Shown: positions 51,409 to 64,000, counted from the stretch's first letter. The stretch: DNA of 64,000 bases from Atractiella rhizophila (GCA_021432655.1 MU271394.1:1-64000), one strand, 5' to 3'. Numbers and translations are program-made. Notes: generated by a model from the sequence alone, not told the origin.

Positions 51409-52338
51409 CTACTCATCGGCCGTTCGTACAATACTCTTAGCTTTGTAAAAGTTCTGTCTATATTCTTCAAATCCTTCTGGAGGTCCGTGGCACCAAACCT
51501 TCGTAAATTCATCCAAGACTTTCTGTTCCTCTCTAGTTGGAGTACCTTCGAAGAATGGCCGGGCAGCGAGACACCTTTCGGTTGTCCCAAACCCGAACCA
51601 GTCGTTGTTTGCATCGCCGACTTTGGCTTTACTATCGAGCCAACCGTCCCAGGAAGGTTTTACCAACTTCTCGCCGAATTTGGTGGCCGAATCGAAATCG
51701 ATTATCACAACGGTGGTCAACATCCCTTCGTCGTCAAAATCAAGCATAATGTTGGTTGGAGACAGATCATTATGGGAGATACCCGCAGAATGAAGGTGTT
51801 CAAGCCCTTTGCGAATTTCGGCAAGAACGAAAGTTGCATCGATCCTCTTGTTTCGAAATATAGCTTCCCACAGCGTAAAGTGATGCTTTTCAAAACAGAG
51901 ACCCGTTATGAAAGTGCCATCAGTTACATAGCCGTGATATCGACAAACGTTAGGATGAGGACGCCGTGAAATGATGTCCAAAGTTTCCAATTCGTGAGAA
52001 TACAGATCTCTGGTTCGATAGGCATCTGCTGCAGTAGGATCTGTGACTCGACGAAAGTGCATCCCGAGCGAGAAAGGGGTCTTTACAAAGCCATTTGACA
52101 AACAGTCGGATGGAGCTTGGGTTTTGTCCTCAAAGTTAACCAAAAGTGGCAAATAAAACTTCTTATCGAGCCGTATTCCTGGCGCACACGTTTGGACATG
52201 TGCATCGTCGACGCAGACTGAGGGATCCTCTTCATCGAAATAATAGACGTCGCCATCCTCTTCATAAAGAACTTCCGTATAGAGAAATTTCAGGGGAGGA
52301 CCGTCCCACCAGCTTTGAGCCTTGAGCAAGGTTCGCAT
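51409..52338 (-). CDS. Intronless atypical protein kinase-like protein, copy 2
   Basis: Collinear paralog of copy 1 with HNDLSPTNIML and IIDFDSATKF. Confidence 0.85.
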   Translation of the reverse strand: MRTLLKAQSWWDGPPLKFLYTEVLYEEDGDVYYFDEEDPSVCVDDAHVQTCAPGIRLDKKFYLPLLVNFEDKTQAPSDCLSNGFVKTPFSLGMHFRRVTDPTAADAYRTRDLYSHELETLDIISRRPHPNVCRYHGYVTDGTFITGLCFEKHHFTLWEAIFRNKRIDATFVLAEIRKGLEHLHSAGISHNDLSPTNIMLDFDDEGMLTTVVIIDFDSATKFGEKLVKPSWDGWLDSKAKVGDANNDWFGFGTTERCLAARPFFEGTPTREEQKVLDEFTKVWCHGPPEGFEEYRQNFYKAKSIVRTADE

Positions 52339-53261
52339 GCTAATGAAAATCAGCCTACGAACCACGATACCCTACTAAACGTACCTGAATTTCACTCGAT
52401 TTCAGTCTGAATATGGACACGTCACTATTGTAAGTGTCGAGAAGGAAGACCCCACTGAGTTGCGGTGGAGAATGATGTATCTAAAGGGGGACGGCATCAG
52501 AATCATGGAGGCTGTGCCAGGGTCCGAAGTTCGCGAACCCAGCTTGTCACACGGTTTGATTAATATCGATTCCGGTCTGATAAGGTGATGCCATGTTAAG
52601 CCCATAGTCCGACAAACAGAAAGTCCGCATGTGTCTGATCGATCATTCCAACTGCAAGTATTCTCCCACAGCAAGCTGCCAAGGGCAACAAAGGAAGCTC
52701 GAGCATGACATGGGATGGGAACGGCCGCAAAAAAAAATCGGCGATTAGTATATTCGAAGTCGCGAGTATACTTTGAAAGGCCAGCGAAAGACCATGCCCA
52801 TGGAAACATCAATCCAGAATCAGAAAGAACAGCTGTGTATTGCTTCAGAACCAGCGAGAACAGAGATGCTTTGCACCCCCAAATTGCTGTGAAAATTGAG
52901 GAGTATACCACGCGAAAGGCTCATTGAATTTCTCATGTAGAAGCGTTGTTGCACAATTCAGGTTCCAAGAGATCCGATCCGCAACAGTAGGTCTAAACAA
53001 ATAATGATATTGTTCGTGATCAGCTCGAACATCGGAGTAGGGCAAATGGACAAAGCTTTTCTAGGTCAAAAAGGTAAGCATGGAAAGGGCGTGGGGGTTT
53101 GTCGTGCCAATTGTACATATAAGAAGTCAATGCAACTCGTTGAGAGCGGTCACCTCAAATCGTATCTCTCCATCACTCCTGAGGTTTTTAGAATCCGGTG
53201 CAACAATGGTAAGCACTTGAATCTGCATTGTAACATACAGAGTCGTGAGCGAGCGTCGTAA

Positions 53262-54165
53262 GAGGAAGATCGGTGATGAAATCCATTGAAATGGATTCCC
53301 ACGGCACTGCTGGAATTGGGAGTGGCTGGAGTTTGCCTTTGGGCTTCTCGTTCGATGGTTTGGTCCGTGCACAAACGGCGCAAGATGCACACCAGTCCCG
53401 AATAACTTGGACTTGATGAGGGAAGAAGAAATCGCGAGAGACTGCGTTGAGGGTTTTATCCTGACCGAAATGGCCGCCCAGCGCGGAGTCGTGTCTCTCT
53501 TGAAGGATTCGGTTTCTCAGTTCTGTAGTCGGGAGGTATAATCGGGTTCTGTCTTTCAACAGGACTCCGGTTTCACTGAACGCTAAGCCGCGTAGTTTCG
53601 CGGTTACTGATCGATCGCGGTGGAGGCTTGGGTCACGCAGAAAAGGAAGCATGGGTGCCAACCATGGATCCAATTCATAGCTCGCCTTGCACTCATCTAT
53701 GAGGGGACTACTGATTCGAGATATACTGAGGTTCGACAACAATACTGACGGGGACTGCTCGTGGGAGAAGAAAGTGGTGTCTCCGATGGCTGTTGATTGA
53801 CAAGAGCCAGGGAGGAGCCGTAAGGCTGAGAGGTAGTACGATGGGTTCCTCGAGAGTGTGTCTGGAACGGAGTTCTGAGGACCTGGAATGTACTGAATGT
53901 CGAAGTTGTAAGTGGAGAGAACTTCGTTCCACCGAGCTTGACGACGTGAAAGGTTCGGTTGTGTTTGGAAGTATTTGAGCGAGTGGTGGTCAGATAGAAT
54001 GGTGAAATGAGGCATTCCTTCAAGGTAATGTCTCCAAGTCTTGAGAGCATGAACCACGGCGAGTAATTCCTTCTCATGGACCGGATACCTTGTCTCTGCA
54101 CCATGTAACTTCCTGGATTCAAAGGCAATAGGTTGCCATTTACCTGAATCCGGAAACTCTTGCTC
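53262..54165 (-). mobile_element. Ty3/Gypsy pol fragment (RNase H, integrase H2C2 zinc region, start of integrase core)
   Basis: PIAFESRKL...YPVHEKELLAVVHALKTWRHYLEG, SDHHSLKYF, RRQARW, HDSALGGHFG...CAVC and PWESISMDFITDLP. RNase H before integrase is the Gypsy order. No LTRs seen. Confidence 0.93.
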
Positions 54166-54779
54166 ATGTGCGCACAATTCGCGCGCTGCGACGATGGCAT
54201 CATCTTGGGTGGTACTGTACTAGGTGATCGGTTGAGTTGTCGTCCTTTACTCAGCACGTGCTTCAGTTGGGTGGGTAAGTTCTGTTGGTCTCGACCTACT
54301 TGTTTACAGACTTGTTCAAGAAGAGGTGTTCGAGGTGAATCTTCCATTCGAGAGATCGTATACTAGTACGAGACAACGTTGGAACAAGCGGTGCCACGAG
54401 GGTGGCACCAGCACTAAACTGCTTCAGTGAATCATCAAAATGCGACTTGCCTTGGTTCGATGAGGGAGGGAGTAGAGGAAACAGGGCTGGGAGTCTTTGT
54501 CCACTTCAGTAACATAATCGTGAAATGTAGTGAATGTATGAAATGAGAAAGGACCTGGAATTGGCGCAACAACACTTCTGAAACTAGCATCAACATCAAC
54601 GTGAGATCGATCGGTCCTCTTTCACTTTTCACACTGAGGTCGATAGATCCCAGCAGTCAATCAAGTTGCCAGTCAAGCGCTATCCACATCCACAGTCAGT
54701 CTCAGACCAAAAGGATCAGTTTCACTCTGTTTCGGCCTTGGAGATTTTGATATTGTAGGTTTCGATTTCGACTGGCTCC

Positions 54780-55976
54780 ATGGCAATTCGTACTTTCCCC
54801 AACGAAATATTTGAACACATCTTCGACAGTTTCAAGGCTCGCTGCAGCGCGCAAATGGGACACGGAGGAATTTTTTTCCCGGACGCTCGCACCCTCCTCA
54901 CCTGTAGCCTTGTCTGCCGAGACTTTCTGCACTTTTCGAGGGCAGCATACTTTGAACGCGACATCTTCTTTGAGCAGTTTGACGCCAGGGATGAAAAATC
55001 TTTGAAGAATTTGAAACAGCTGCTCAAATCGCCTCATCAGACTTTACACCAGTATCTCAAGCAAGTCCACGTCATGGACTCTGTGACGGATGTTCCTGGC
55101 GGTGGTTACGACATTTTTGCCCTCACGAATGGACTCACCATCAAGAAGCTGGCGTTGAGCAATACATCTGTGAATTTCGATCAAAATGTGGCGCAAGGAT
55201 TTGGAAACCTCACTTTCTTCAAAGCCGAAAAGATGAGGTGGCGCTTCGATGACCTTGCCGACTTTGCGGGATGTCACCCAGGCCTCGAAAAGCTTCACCT
55301 CAAAACCTGTAACTTTTATCGACCACGCGAAGGCACCATCGAGGAGAAAGTGTCCATGAACACTCGTCGCTTCTCAAGCCAGCTCCGATACCTATACTTG
55401 GGTCAGACACCTGCAGATGTTGTTCTGAACGGACTATTGCCGCTTTGCAAGCTTGTAAAGCTGAGGCACGTGAAACTCTGGGATCTATTTGTAAGACTAC
55501 AAGACCGAGAACGAAATGCAACGGCGCTCCAGGCGTTCTTCGACAGAAACGGCGAAAGCATATCTGTCATCGAAGTGCGGAATCCATACGGCAGGTTTAG
55601 CCTTCATGGCTGTAGATGGAGCTCAGTTCTTTATGCTTATCTCCCCAAAACATCAGCGAAAAGAGTCACCTTCGAGTTCCATAACAAGGAAAGGTCTTTT
55701 CTCGAAAACCAGGTTCTTGACAACTGGCAGATGGGCGATCTCGAACATCTCAGACTTGAGTGTTACAAATGGCCAACCGAATCATTTGAGACCTTGAAGA
55801 AGAATCTGACGAAAGAGAGGTTTCCTGCACTGCGATTGATCATTTTGAAGGAAATTGCACGGCCTGGGTGGCAACAGGAGACTGAGATTGCAAGGGATAT
55901 GCTAAAACGTCACTTTGAGAAATTGGAAATGCCACTCGTTTTTGTAAACTTTTGGCTGGATGGGAAACTCTATTGA
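54780..55976 (+). CDS. Intronless F-box/LRR-like protein, paralog C (398 aa)
   Basis: FPNEIFEHIF...LLTCSLVCRDF; collinear with paralogs A and B. Confidence 0.75.
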   Translation: MAIRTFPNEIFEHIFDSFKARCSAQMGHGGIFFPDARTLLTCSLVCRDFLHFSRAAYFERDIFFEQFDARDEKSLKNLKQLLKSPHQTLHQYLKQVHVMDSVTDVPGGGYDIFALTNGLTIKKLALSNTSVNFDQNVAQGFGNLTFFKAEKMRWRFDDLADFAGCHPGLEKLHLKTCNFYRPREGTIEEKVSMNTRRFSSQLRYLYLGQTPADVVLNGLLPLCKLVKLRHVKLWDLFVRLQDRERNATALQAFFDRNGESISVIEVRNPYGRFSLHGCRWSSVLYAYLPKTSAKRVTFEFHNKERSFLENQVLDNWQMGDLEHLRLECYKWPTESFETLKKNLTKERFPALRLIILKEIARPGWQQETEIARDMLKRHFEKLEMPLVFVNFWLDGKLY

Positions 55977-56132
55977 TCTAGTCCTCTTTTGCTACTCTAA
56001 AGGTACTTCCCTCAAAACTCCTAGGTGCTTAATAATAATCTTAAATTTTCTAGGTGGCTGTGATAATCCTTGTTGTGAAGGTTATGCAATCCATTCTTAG
56101 TCCAGATTCAGGCACCTCTGATACGAGCGCAA

Positions 56133-59100
56133 TCAACACTTATCTACTCCCCCAGACGTAATGACCGGCCCCTGCCCTACCCTATGGAAACCTGAACGCG
56201 ACTGAGCCGCTTGAATGTCTGCGAGCGATATGTCAGCGCTGGAGCACATGGAACCGAACAAGCTGGAAGGAGTAAGAGCGAGTCTTTCTGGGGAATCGAA
56301 CTCGGCTATCTTTCCCTCGTTCTGGGGAACAGCCATGTCAGGGGACAATTTTCGAACCTTGAGAATAGACCAACCATGACCAGAATTCGGTCGTAACCTG
56401 TAGCACCAGTTCATGAGCCTGAAGAAACACATAAGGGAGCTGCAAACCAATGATGGTTTCCAAACGGTGAGCGATGCACATAACCACTTTGTCCTTCAAT
56501 TCACAGCGTATCGTTTCTTGGATCTTCGAGTCCTGCTCAGATATCATTCAACCAACCGTTGCAAATGTTTCAGCTTTGTCTCCTACTTTCTCTTGGTCTA
56601 TGGAAGACGTCGCCTCGTCGATAAGATATATCTAGCTTTCGTGTCAACATTACATCAGGAGGACATATTAAAGTTCACCTTAGAGTCCTTGACAATGGCT
56701 CTTGCAAGAGATACCAAAGCTCGTTCCCCGACAGAAAGATTCGCGCCTTCATCTTCAATTTTCGTGTCCAGGTGGAAGCGATGGGTCGGGCTATCATTAA
56801 GATGACAGTGCTTGATCGCGTCGTTCAACCTAGCATCATCGTATTCTCCAAAAGGGTCGAGATTACTCCTCAGCGTTCCTGTAGGTGGTCAGCAGGATGT
56901 CAATCTGAGACAGGGGTAGCGCACCGTTGAACAATAAGGGTTCCTGAGGAATAATGGCGAGTCTACTTCGCAGAGTCTCCAGCCCCATCTTAGAAATGTC
57001 CTCGCCGTCTACTTCGATTGACCCAGATGCTAACTCTACGACCCGGAAGAGTGCCATGAGCAAAGACGTCTTTCCACTCCCCGTTCGGCCGCAGATGCCA
57101 ATCTAGCCAATTGGTAAGAAAAGGAGTCGTTTGGAGCGAGTTTGAAAGCGATACCTTCTCTCCTGCTTTCACTTCGAAACTAACCCTGTGCAGAACTTCG
57201 GGCAGTCCTCGACGGTAAATCATTCTGACGTCTTTGAAAGACAAGGAGCCGGTCTCCGGCCACGCAAGATCAGAAGGTCTGCCTTTAACGACGGCTGGCG
57301 CTTCTTGTACAATTTTATGGGCATAGTAAATCAACCGCTCAGCATCTGGCATTGCGAGAAGGGTCAATACTGAAGCCAGCCTGAACAAAAAACGACATAC
57401 TGTTCATTTCTGTTTCCAAAGTTGCCGATTCTCTCTTGAGAGGTCTTTAAGAGGGAATCTACAATGCAGACAAGCACTCACCACCAAAAAACCAAGCGCC
57501 TGGCTGATTTGCGTCACATATGAAAGCACCAACCCCACTTGGGCTGTTACGAACATAAGGATTACCCAAACCACGCAGCCGCAGGACGAACCAGGAGTAA
57601 CAGATGTTTTCGCCAGACCAACCGAAAGTAAGGTGACTGAAAGAGTGAGGGACATGGCAATTATATCAAGTCGTACCCCAAGCCAGTGTTGATTGCAATA
57701 GGAGAGATAATACGCGCTATTTTCGAGATCTATTGCCCGTTGATTATCTCGAACAAAACGTGCGGTCTCTCCATAAGCTCGAATAGTGCTCGTTCCAGCT
57801 CTATTCGCGAGACTGTTACGACTGACGCTGCATTCGATAGCCTTGGAACTCACATGCTTTCTGAGAAATGAGCAGCGACCCCTGATCTGAGAAGATTGTT
57901 GGACCTAAACATTATCTTCAATTGAGGCTGTTGCCCTGAAGAAACATACACACCTCTTAATTTCGCGAGCAGACGGTCGGTGGAACTTAGCGATCAAGAA
58001 AAAAACAGCACTAATGACTGCGAGTGGAGCGATGAACCATGGCAAAACAATGGCGATTATGACGAGGATCCCAGCCAATTGACCAAAAGTACTGAGTACA
58101 ACTGACCTCATGTTAAGAGACCTCAGGAGATGCGGAAATAAGTGGAGGGATACTTCTGATGGAACCATTTAGGGAATTATCGAGCACGTTAACGTCCGAA
58201 GAAAACCTAGGGAGGATTCTTCCGAGGGGGGTTGTGTCGAAGAAGTACTGAGGAGCGCGAATGACCCGCCTGAAGGCGGCATTGTGAAGCCTCTTGCTAG
58301 CTTGGTATCCTGCGATAACTCCAGCGAGTCCCATCAAGAAGCTGAACAGTGTCTGAGCGAATCCGAGTCCCCCGTATATACTTATGTAGAAGCCCCTCGA
58401 TTGATTGAACGCGTCAACCTCCCACCTTTCAACTCGACATGAATACATTTGTTGTGGTGTTTGTGTCAGGACGAACCAGACTAGCCACTGATTTTCAAGA
58501 AATTTTCAGGGGCTCCCAAGCTGAAGACTAAATCTTACATAATTGTTGAGAACTCCTATGCTGGAGAATAGTGCCAAGCTGAGCAGGAGGACGATGCCTA
58601 AAAAGGCTCCTCCTGCAATTGCGAACGCAACATACACTAAGGGTTCATCAACGAGTCGCATCGATCGCTACGTCTTGCCACAGGAGTACGACGAACCTGA
58701 AAACGCGACAGAGCCGGATGCTCTGTCTTCCTCCTGTATGATTTTCTTTCCCGCACGCTTCCTACTCTCTACCTTGCTCTCTTCAAGTCTTTCGTCTTGA
58801 GACTCGGAAATAACGACTTCTCTATCTGCATCCTCTTTATTCAATCTCCCAAACTCAGCTATCAGACGAGCGAAGACATCTCCACGCTGCACAAGTTCCT
58901 CGTACGTCCCCTGTTCCGAAATGCTTCCTTGATCAAGACAGATCACATAATCCACTTGATGTAAGATGTTTAGGTTGTGAGTGACGAGCTATTTGCGTTA
59001 TGTAAGCAAGATTTTAGAAGAATGTTAGCGCACAATTCTTGTCCTGTCCGCCAACAACCTTTTGATGGCGTGATTGAGCAGGGTTTCAGCGACATGCGCG

Positions 59101-61976
59101 TCGACAGCACTGCACGTCAGGGTGTGAGGGCTGGAAGCTGCTCCAGAAAGAACTTACGACAATGGATCGTCCAGCAAGACTAAGCCGGCTCGCTGAAAAT
59201 ACATAGCACGGGCGATGCTCACCCTGGGAAACATCAACGTCGCTTTGGGACCCATGCAGAAAATACCGTTGACGCTGGCCACCACTACTCTCAACAAATG
59301 GACCGTCGACATTAGCGCCACGAGCACTCTTCAACCAGGAGCGAAATATACCTAAGATTGATTCCCTTTTCGCCTGTATATAGCCCGATTCATGGTGAGG
59401 TTCTGAGGGTTGTAATAAAGGAGAAGACGAGAGCGAACCGATATCAGTCAAGTCTCCATCGGGTAGAACTTCGAGGTCGGGCTCAAGGCACGCCGCCTCT
59501 GGCCATCAATCTGATCAGGTGCTGGCTTTTTGAACGGGAAGGAAACAGGACGAACGGATGACGCTCCAGTACCTCTCTTCCTCAAACGGCTGACCAAACA
59601 ACACGTTATCCCTGCAATCCGTCCGGGAATGAGATCAACCCAAGTCCACCTTGGAATGAGATATAGGACGATGGGAAGCGAACCGGAGAGAAGCGTTCTG
59701 AATCCAGGCTATCTGAGGAACGTATGCGATTTCAGCTCCTACCTCATCCACCCATCAGACGCGGTCGAGGTAGAGTAGAGGGAAGAATAGACCCAGCTTC
59801 ACTTTCCCCTCCAACTTCTTCATTTCTCCGGTCAACGCAGCGAGGAGTGAACTCTTCCCGCTCCCCACAGGTCCCACTGTCCACATCGTTAAACTATCAA
59901 TGGGTTGTTCTCGGTAAAAAATGGGGAATGGACACACCGATGGCGACCAACTTCCCTCTCGCGATTCTCAAACAGATGTCCTTCAACTCCTTCCTGCTTC
60001 CATCTGAATCGGCATCCCCGTCCCATGTGAACCTTCCCCCCTCAATCTCAATGGCAAGCTCCGCCTCATCATCGACCACCAGCGCTGGCTGACCTTCTCC
60101 CTTCTCTTTCCCTGTCGTGAGGACAAACAGCTTTTGTAGTCGACGGATAGCGTTCCAGCCGTCAACAGAAAAGGAAAGGGAGAGGGGGAGGTATGTGAGT
60201 GGGATTCGGAGGAGGAAGAACCAAGAGATGGATGGGAAGATGATTGCTGGATCGAGGGTTCTGTCGGAGTGGATGGAGGAGTAGACGATGATTGATATCA
60301 CGCTGTGCCCCTCTTTCGCGTTAGTGAAATGTCAAATGATGATGATAACTGAAACGGAGAGGGAAGAGGTGGATGGCATACGCGGATAGGGAGGGGAGAC
60401 CAAAGTAGACGGCCATTGTGATCGCTCGGAAGGTGAGGAGCTTCTTTAGCTCCTGTAACTCTTCTCTCCTCACCCCTTCCATTTTCTTCACGAAAGGTCT
60501 CTCCCAGGCTGCATACGAGCACCATCGAGATCAACCCCGAAGAGAACAGGAGAAGGAACAGACCAAACAATTTCACGAGCTTGATCCCATTCATTACCTG
60601 CACAACAACGAGACATCGTCAGTGGAACAAGCAGCGGCGCCGACGTCGCGAAAGCACCTACCTCCCTGGTCAATCTCGACCTGCGATCGGTGACTTCCAT
60701 CACTCCCTTCCTCATCTTGGCCATCTTGCCCATTATCATCCCTTGGAGAGGGCTCGAGAGGATGACGAACCCCACGCCGGCGAGGGCGGAGGGACCGAGG
60801 GAGTGAAGGAGGAAAGCGAGGATGATGATAAATTGAATCACGGACTGGGATTCCCTTCAGAATTCAAATAACGATTCAGAATAAAGTGAAACGAACCGTC
60901 CAAGCCTGTGTGTCCCAGGGGCAGAAGGATGTCAAAATCAGTTGACTGACTGTAACTGAAATATAGGACGGAAGGGGGACAGACGATGTGAAAGAATCCC
61001 ATGGCTCCATCAACCATCCCAACATCCACCCCAATATGGTTCATCAGCCTCCCCTTATCCATATCCTTCGCGTTCATCCGCTCCATGCTCCGCTCAAAGA
61101 CTGACGCCACGATCGCTCCCCTCGCTCCTATCGTCGCGCGTTGGACGATCATGGAACCCTGTTGGGAGCATTGGGAGGCGAGGAGTTGGAGGGCGAGGAG
61201 AGCGAAACAGTAGCTGAGCCCTTTTCCGATCGACGGTTGTTGAGTAGGAGTAGGAGAGGATGACGTGCGTGCGGCGTGTGTGCGTTGTGCGAATCTGCAT
61301 TATCCATCGTTCGTGGTTTAAAAAAGTCATTTAATTGCAGTTGCTATGAAGTGAAGAGGGTGACGAACAGGATAATCTCTTTACTGATGAGCGGCGTACA
61401 AACTTGTATCACATCGCTCACCGCCCTCATTGCTCCTCCAATCCAAAACTCTCTGCCAATCGCGTCATTCATCGCCATCACAAGGAGTGGTTCTTTTTTC
61501 AAACCCCTCTCTCCCTTTCCTGCTTCACCTTTGACTCTCAAAAAAGGCAACAAGAACAGCTGCGTCCTTCTCCTCACCCTCTCCCACCTCTGCGACTTCC
61601 CCTCCTCCAATCGCTCGTTCCAAGCAGCCGCATCCAACTGTCGCCTCTCAAAACCCTCGCTCAACTTCCGACTGAGGTGCGTGCATGAGATGCTAGGAGG
61701 GAGGATGAAGAGGTCGGAGGTGTGGAGAGGACGCTGGTATCCGAGCGAGAGAAGGGGAGTGAGCCAGGACCACGTAAGACGGGAGAGGAGCCGCGCGGTC
61801 GCTTCTGGGGATGGAGGCAGAGGAGTAGATGCGGATGGGGATGAGGATGGAGGGGGAGGGGGAGGTGGTGGATAGTAGGAGAAGGGCCAGTATAGTTTGC
61901 GCTTCCTAACTGTGGGAGGAGCGGGAGAGTCGAGCTCGATGATTTTGAGGTCGACGTCTTCTTCTTTGGAACTCAT
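56133..61976 (-). CDS. Full-size ABCC/MRP (YOR1-like) ABC transporter, very many introns
   Basis: [21 protein letters not shown]1 GPVGSGKSS and [29 protein letters not shown]2 [24 protein letters not shown] and [10 protein letters not shown]. Confidence 0.92.
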
Positions 61977-63182
61977 TTTTCTTCGCTGCCGTTTACACTT
62001 TATCGTGGACCAGAGAACCAGAGAGCGTGGGAGATGGACAAGGAAAGAGACATGCTGATATACGAAGCTAGACGGCGCAATGGGCTCATGTCAGCACCAA
62101 CACACTCAAATGTAACTCCGTTTTGTCGCAGTGTTCCGGGCCGATCAGGAAGAAGAATGAAGGTGCTCTGACAAGCAGTCTGACGAGTAGTACATGGTTT
62201 GAAGTAAGTCCAAAGCACGATTGTTGACGACGGACGTAATCTATCAAGGCATACAGAACGGGACGAATTTCAACATGAAGTTCATCATGATTGCACGGCG
62301 CTCGCTCGAACCGATGAAGACGCTCAATCAGCTTATCATGCTTTACTTTGCCCCTTGAGCTGCTATTTCAAGGTTTTCCCCAAGTCACACCTCAGCCATT
62401 TGCACCACTTGTCACGTTGCTTACCTAATTGCACAAGGAACACGCTTCCAGCCATCGCCACTGGGCAATCCCCATGTTGTTGATTATATTTCAAGATATG
62501 TAACATTATAAGCGGATCTTTGGTGACCATTTCTTTACCTTTTCGGTTCCACACCGCCCTTGCTTCTTCAACCACAAGGCTACTGCTAATCTTATCCGCC
62601 ATATACAACTGCGTTGACGAAAGTCTGATGCCTCTCAAATATGATTAACAACACACCAACAACAACAACAACAACACGCTTCGAAGTCCAATCCCATTTT
62701 CTTCAATGCGATCACGTTCGCGTCCAACACGTCCAGGACGCCACCATCGTCCCTTTCGAGAACATTCCCCAATATTATGGATTTACGTCGCCGCCGTAAC
62801 AAGTCGGTCGCATACGCTCCCAGAGAAGAGGGAGAGGGTTGGAGAGGACAAGATGGAAGGCGTCCCTCTGAATTGCGTGTGTGCAGTACGAACACAAATG
62901 ATAGCTCTCAATTGGTTTCTTTGTCATAAATGAATTGAAGCTCGTCCAGTTCGACGGGAGCATACGGAGGATGACTTCCTCCGTGTTGTCCAGCGCACAT
63001 CCAACCATTTTCTTGTTGGTGAATATCGAACGTATTGAAGCCCGTCCAGTTCGGCAGATGACTCCGTGCGTCTTGTTCTGCTCACGACCGAAACATCCTT
63101 GTATCAGCCTCGAGGCTGAAATGCGACCATATAAAAGGCGCTGGAATACGATGTTCCTTCCTTCCAGAAGAGCTTCAACAAA

Positions 63183-64000
63183 ATGTCAGGCACAGATCGT
63201 TCTCTTGCAACCGCTTTGAAGAATATCAACGGGATCAGTTCCCTCCTTTCACTCGTCCCAATTTTGACCGGCAAGACCCAAAACGTCAAGATGGTCGCTT
63301 CTCGCATTCTTCCAGTGACTCTCATCTTCGGAGGAGTCGGAGCTGGTAGGTGTTTGGCCAAACTCCAGCTCGGAGTGATGCTCTGTAACCTTGAGCTCTG
63401 TGAGTACCTTCCCGTCCCCTACCTGAGGACATCAGGACAACACTCATCCTGTCCTAGACCGCAACATCGTCGCGGATTTCACATATGCCCACGACGAATA
63501 CGTCAATCGTTACTCGCCCGTCTTCTCTCACGTAGCCTCTGCGACTCCGGAGCGTCATTCAGGGAGTCAATACGTGAATCACAACCCATCGGAGGATTAC
63601 CTCGTCGAAGCCAGCTTCCAAGGAAAAGGGCAATTCCCGAACGTCGTCGAGCTTTCGCAAACAAATACCCAACGTGCCTTGGGCGGGTTCCTCATCTTCC
63701 TCCCGATTTATGCTCTCGAGGTCGTCATCTCTTTGTTCTGCGCGGCCGAAGGTACTAACGTCGCTTTGGCCGTCGCCTTGGGTCTGGCGATGATTCTCTG
63801 GATCGCCGGCATCGCGATCTTGCACTTCACGAGGGGTATGGGATTACGGTCGCTCCAATTGAACGGGAGAGGAGATGCCTGGCGACACCTTCAGGTCGTC
63901 ACGCTCGGACATAACGTCAAGAGCACACCTTTGAGCTTCAACACCGAATATGCGACTACATTCAACCTGTTCGAGGCAAAATACGACAGAAAGGCTATTC
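63183..64000 (+). CDS. Hypothetical membrane protein, runs off the window end
   Basis: ATG exon to about 63345, probable intron to about 63455, then an open frame to the window end with hydrophobic segments (ALGGFLIFLPIYALEVVISLFC; VALAVALGLAMILWIAGIAIL). Confidence 0.55.

Noticed and set aside
52400..53260. Possible transposase or gene relic
   Set aside because: Multiple stops in the frames examined and no motif I can recognise.
62657..62675. Poly-Cys ORF suggesting a metal-binding peptide
   Set aside because: Explained by a (CAA)n microsatellite, with no other support.

Overview
Eukaryotic, intron-dense fungal DNA, inferred to be basidiomycete from short GT-AG introns, GTGCGT/GTGAGT donors and the histone H3 type. 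It holds about 20 genes: PMS1 3' end, alpha-arrestins, a lipase, a BNI4-like protein, histone H3, a carboxylesterase, RPS16, ELP1, a TAF4-like gene, three intronless F-box/LRR-like paralogs, a BAHD-type acyltransferase, RPS23, AP-1 beta-adaptin, two intronless atypical kinases, an ABCC transporter and a partial membrane protein. It also carries a Ty3/Gypsy pol fragment and several nested local duplications. The most striking signal is 5053-7795, which looks non-coding in all six normal frames. Its base-by-base complement read left to right (the minus strand read 3'->5') encodes about 900 aa of Helitron Rep/PIF1 helicase, including a canonical intron, and continues in frame from the normal minus-strand Helitron ORF at 7796-8676. 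This mirror-image block abuts a 25-N gap and is most likely a long-read gap-filling artefact; it needs raw-read checking before any biological claim. All translations and comparisons were done by eye and no database searches were run.
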